Shown: positions 60,881 through 64,000 of the stretch, in pieces | How the letters are laid out: each line of letters starts with the position of its first letter | Position numbering within the stretch: the first letter of the stretch is position 1 | NCBI RefSeq assembly: GCF_000317145.1 | Contig: NC_019697.1 | Coordinates: forward strand, 4,102,886-4,166,885 | Reading direction: 5' to 3' | Origin: Chamaesiphon minutus PCC 6605 | GTDB lineage: Bacteria > Cyanobacteriota > Cyanobacteriia > Cyanobacteriales > Chamaesiphonaceae | DNA: 64,000 bases | Program-made: the position numbers and the translations under genes | The notes under the pieces: generated by a model | What the model saw: the letters and a program-made list of their open reading frames with translations, nothing else | The model's database searches: none | Told to the model about the DNA's origin: nothing

Positions 60881-63463
60881 ATGTTAGAAGCATATCGCCA
60901 ACATACAGCCGATCGAGCCGCATTGGGAATTCCCCCATTACCGCTCGATGCCGAACAAACCAGTGCCCTCTGCGAACTGTTACAACATCCACCAGCAGGT
61001 GAAGAGGCTAACTTAATAGCATTATTGCGAGACAGGGTTCCACCTGGAGTAGATCCGGCTGCTTATGTCAAAGCTGGCTTCCTGACTAGCATTACTACGG
61101 GTAAAGTTAATTGTCCCCTGATTAACAAGATCGAATCGATCGAGTTATTAGGTACGATGTTAGGTGGTTATAATGTTCGATCGCTCATTGACCTTCTCGA
61201 ATCCGATCGTACCGAACTTGCTACAGCCGCAGTCAAAGCACTGAGTAAAATCGTCCTAGTTTACGACGCATTTAACGACGTGTGGGAACTCTCCCAAACC
61301 AACCCCTACGCCAAACAAGTCATCGATGCCTGGGCGAATGCTGAGTGGTTCACATCTCGCCCCACCCTGCCCGAAACCATTACCGTCACCGTCTTCAAAG
61401 TCCCTGGTGAAACCAACACCGACGACTTATCTCCTGCAACAGAAGCTACCAGTCGCCCCGATATTCCTCTCCATGCCCTGGCGATGCTAGAAACTCGCCA
61501 GCCTGGGAGTTTGGCAACTATCGCTGAATTGAAACAAAAGGGACACTCGATCGCCTACGTCGGCGATACAATCGGTACGGGTTCCTCGCGGAAATCGGCG
61601 ATTAATTCCGTTCTCTGGTATATCGGCGCAGATATTCCCTGCGTCCCGAATAAGCGCACGGGTGGTTATATTTTGGGTAGTAAAATCGCGCCGATTTTCT
61701 TTAATACTGCTGAAGATTCGGGGAGTTTACCGATCGAGTGTGATATTACCATGCTCGAAACTGGTATGGTCATCACCATCCATCCCTATGCTGGCAAAAT
61801 TACCAATGAAGCAGGCGAAACCCTCTCCACCTTCAGCCTCAAACCCGACACCATTCTCGATGAAGTCCGCGCTGGTGGTCGAATTCCCCTCCTCATCGGG
61901 CGCACCCTCACCGACAAAACCCGCATCGCATTGGGATTACCCCCCAGCACCATCTTTACCCGCCCCACACAACCCACCGATACAGGCAAAGGCTACACCC
62001 TCGCCCAAAAAATGGTCGGCAAAGCCTGCGGATTATCCGGCGTGCGCCCTGGCATGTCCTGTGAACCCTTAATGACCACCGTTGGTTCCCAAGATACCAC
62101 GGGGCCGATGACTCGCGACGAACTCAAAGAACTCGCCTGTCTGGGTTTCAGTGCCGATTTAGTCATGCAGAGCTTCTGTCACACCGCCGCCTATCCCAAA
62201 CCAGTAGACATCAAAACCCACGAAGAACTACCCGACTTCTTCGCCCAACGCGGTGGCGTTGCCCTTCGCCCTGGCGATGGCATCATCCACTCCTGGCTAA
62301 ATCGGATGCTCCTCCCCGATACCGTCGGCACGGGCGGTGACTCCCACACCCGTTTCCCCCTGGGCATTTCCTTCCCCGCAGGATCTGGTTTAGTCGCCTT
62401 CGCCGCCGCTCTGGGTGCGATGCCCTTAGATATGCCCGAATCTGTCTTAGTGCGCTTCACAGGCGAATTACAGCCCGGAGTTACCCTCCGCGATATCGTC
62501 AATGCGATTCCCTACGTCGCCATGCAAAAAGGCTTACTCACCAACGACAAACAAAATAAACTCAACGTCTTCTCTGGGCGGATTATGGAAATCGAAGGCT
62601 TACCAGACCTCAAAGTCGAACAAGCCTTTGAACTCACCGATGCCACCGCAGAGCGTTCCTGCGCTGGCTCGACGATTAAACTCAGCGAAACCACCGTCAC
62701 CGAATATATCCGCTCCAACGTCGCCCTACTCAAAAACATGGTCGCACGCGGTTATGGCGATCCTCGCACCATTTTACGTCGCGTCGCCCAGATGGAAGCT
62801 TGGCTGGCTAATCCCGTATTAATGTCCGCCGATGCCGATGCCGAATACGCAGAAATCATCGAGATCGATCTTAATACAATTACCGAACCGATCGTCGCCG
62901 CTCCCAACGACCCCGACAATATCAAACTCCTGAGCGAAGTCGCAGGCGATAAAATCGATGAAGTCTTCGTCGGCTCCTGCATGACTAATATCGGACACTA
63001 CCGCGCCACCGCCAAAGTCCTCGACGGCGAACCCGCAGTCACTACCCAATTGTGGATTTGTCCCCCCACCCGCATGGACGAATCCCAACTCAAAGCCGAA
63101 GGCATGTACGCGATCTTCGATGCCGCTGGCGCACGGACAGAAATGCCCGGATGCAGTCTCTGTATGGGCAATCAAGCCCGCACCGCCGATAATGCTACGG
63201 TATTCTCGACATCCACCCGCAATTTCAATAACCGGATGGGTAAAGGTGCCCAAGTCTATCTCGGTTCGGCAGAATTAGCGGCGGTATGTTCGCTGTTGGG
63301 ACGGATTCCGACGGTACCGGAATATCTGGATTTGATGAGTAAGAAAATCAATCCGTTTGCTGGGGATCTGTATCGCTATCTCAATTTCGATCAGATTTCT
63401 GGTTTTGAAGATGAGGGTCGAACTATCTCGGTGGATGAGGTGAGAAAGCTGGCCGAAGTCTAA
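60881..63463 (+). CDS. acnB: Aconitate hydratase B (bifunctional aconitase 2 / 2-methylisocitrate dehydratase)
   Basis: 860 aa, colinear with AcnB (VTVFKVTGETNTDDLSP, SQDTTGPMTRDELKELACLGFSADLVMQSFCHTAAYPKP, CSLCMGNQAR). Confidence 0.92.
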   Translation: MLEAYRQHTADRAALGIPPLPLDAEQTSALCELLQHPPAGEEANLIALLRDRVPPGVDPAAYVKAGFLTSITTGKVNCPLINKIESIELLGTMLGGYNVRSLIDLLESDRTELATAAVKALSKIVLVYDAFNDVWELSQTNPYAKQVIDAWANAEWFTSRPTLPETITVTVFKVPGETNTDDLSPATEATSRPDIPLHALAMLETRQPGSLATIAELKQKGHSIAYVGDTIGTGSSRKSAINSVLWYIGADIPCVPNKRTGGYILGSKIAPIFFNTAEDSGSLPIECDITMLETGMVITIHPYAGKITNEAGETLSTFSLKPDTILDEVRAGGRIPLLIGRTLTDKTRIALGLPPSTIFTRPTQPTDTGKGYTLAQKMVGKACGLSGVRPGMSCEPLMTTVGSQDTTGPMTRDELKELACLGFSADLVMQSFCHTAAYPKPVDIKTHEELPDFFAQRGGVALRPGDGIIHSWLNRMLLPDTVGTGGDSHTRFPLGISFPAGSGLVAFAAALGAMPLDMPESVLVRFTGELQPGVTLRDIVNAIPYVAMQKGLLTNDKQNKLNVFSGRIMEIEGLPDLKVEQAFELTDATAERSCAGSTIKLSETTVTEYIRSNVALLKNMVARGYGDPRTILRRVAQMEAWLANPVLMSADADAEYAEIIEIDLNTITEPIVAAPNDPDNIKLLSEVAGDKIDEVFVGSCMTNIGHYRATAKVLDGEPAVTTQLWICPPTRMDESQLKAEGMYAIFDAAGARTEMPGCSLCMGNQARTADNATVFSTSTRNFNNRMGKGAQVYLGSAELAAVCSLLGRIPTVPEYLDLMSKKINPFAGDLYRYLNFDQISGFEDEGRTISVDEVRKLAEV

Positions 63464-63477
63464 AAAACATGGCTTGT

Positions 63478-63755
63478 AAAATCCCCTCCGAGGAGGGGTG
63501 CCCGAAGGGCGGGGTGGGTCAGATCTACGCTAATTACTAGAGATCACGATCGATCGTGGGTACACTAAATCTGTAATTTGATTATCCGATCGATGTCAGA
63601 GCCGAAATTAGAAGATTGCGATCGATCTGAGCAGTTAGAATTAGAAGACTCGATCGACAGTATGCCACCTAATCCCAAACATTCGGGTTTTATGAGTGCA
63701 AGCGGAGATCTACCCACCCCGCCCGCTGGGCACCCCTCCGAGGAGGGGATTTTTC
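63478..63755. mobile_element. MITE-like element, second full copy of the 45-bp hairpin-repeat inverted pair
   Basis: Arms aaaatcccctccgaggaggggtgcccgaagggcggggtgggtcagatct and gagatctacccaccccgcccgctgggcacccctccgaggaggggattttt. The hairpin loop differs from the 32.8-kb copy (ga versus tt) with the stem conserved. Confidence 0.6.
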
Positions 63756-63787
63756 GGAGGCGGGAGATTATTGGGTATGAGCGGTAT

Positions 63788-64000
63788 TTGAAGGAGTTGG
63801 CGCGGAAGTTACGGCAGAATATGACTTTGGGTGAGGTGTTGTTGTGGCAACGCTTGAAACGGAAGCAGATGCGGGGTTATGATTTTGACAGGCAACGTCC
63901 GATTGATCGATATATTGTCGATTTCTATTGCAAGGATTTAAAGTTAGCGATTGAAATTGATGGCAGCAGTCACGATGGCGAGGAAGCAAAGGTTAATGAT
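63788..64000 (+). CDS. DUF559 (Vsr-like endonuclease-fold) protein, 5' region abuts the MITE; truncated at the window end
   Basis: ...LARKLRQNMTLGEVLLWQRLKRKQMRGYDFDRQRPIDRYIVDFYCKDLKLAIEIDGSSHD. The frame stays open back into the MITE arm with no in-frame ATG, so the start (TTG or ATT) is uncertain. Confidence 0.55.
   Translation, partial: MKELARKLRQNMTLGEVLLWQRLKRKQMRGYDFDRQRPIDRYIVDFYCKDLKLAIEIDGSSHDGEEAKVND

Noticed and set aside
63768-63989. 73-aa minus-strand ORF.
   Set aside because: It is antisense to the DUF559 gene, whose plus-strand translation shows the conserved family motifs.

Overview
This window is about 64 kb of a cyanobacterial chromosome. HIP1 octamers (GCGATCGC) occur throughout, and there are many STRR-type heptanucleotide arrays and several MITE-like repeats. 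Together with a CphB-type bacteriophytochrome operon and an alpha-type carbonic anhydrase, this points to a filamentous, Nostocales-like organism. Gene content is a mix of four signal-transduction loci (CphB/RcpB/REC-GAF-HK, a MASE1-like PAS kinase, a 1545-aa dual-kinase hybrid HK, and an edge PAS protein) and a large-subunit catalase. There is also an RND efflux pair whose two genes are separated by a 1-kb repeat-filled spacer. A housekeeping block carries ppx, ispE, rsmA, cobS, rpsB, tsf and acnB. The most unusual region is an accessory island at about 24.3-33.0 kb. It holds two bacterial dynamin-like GTPases split by an AT-rich insert (an orphan SMI1/KNR4-type gene plus a HicB-fold/VapC toxin-antitoxin pair). 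Next come two degenerate tRNA-like genes flanking a MITE, then a protein with three tandem SPFH/band-7 N-terminal modules. The island is bounded by copies of a 45-bp hairpin repeat. A second small AT-rich insertion between tsf and acnB (57.8-60.8 kb) carries a DUF1611-like P-loop protein, a ParE/RelE toxin-antitoxin pair and an orphan protein. All calls are from reading the sequence and the ORF track; no database searches were run.
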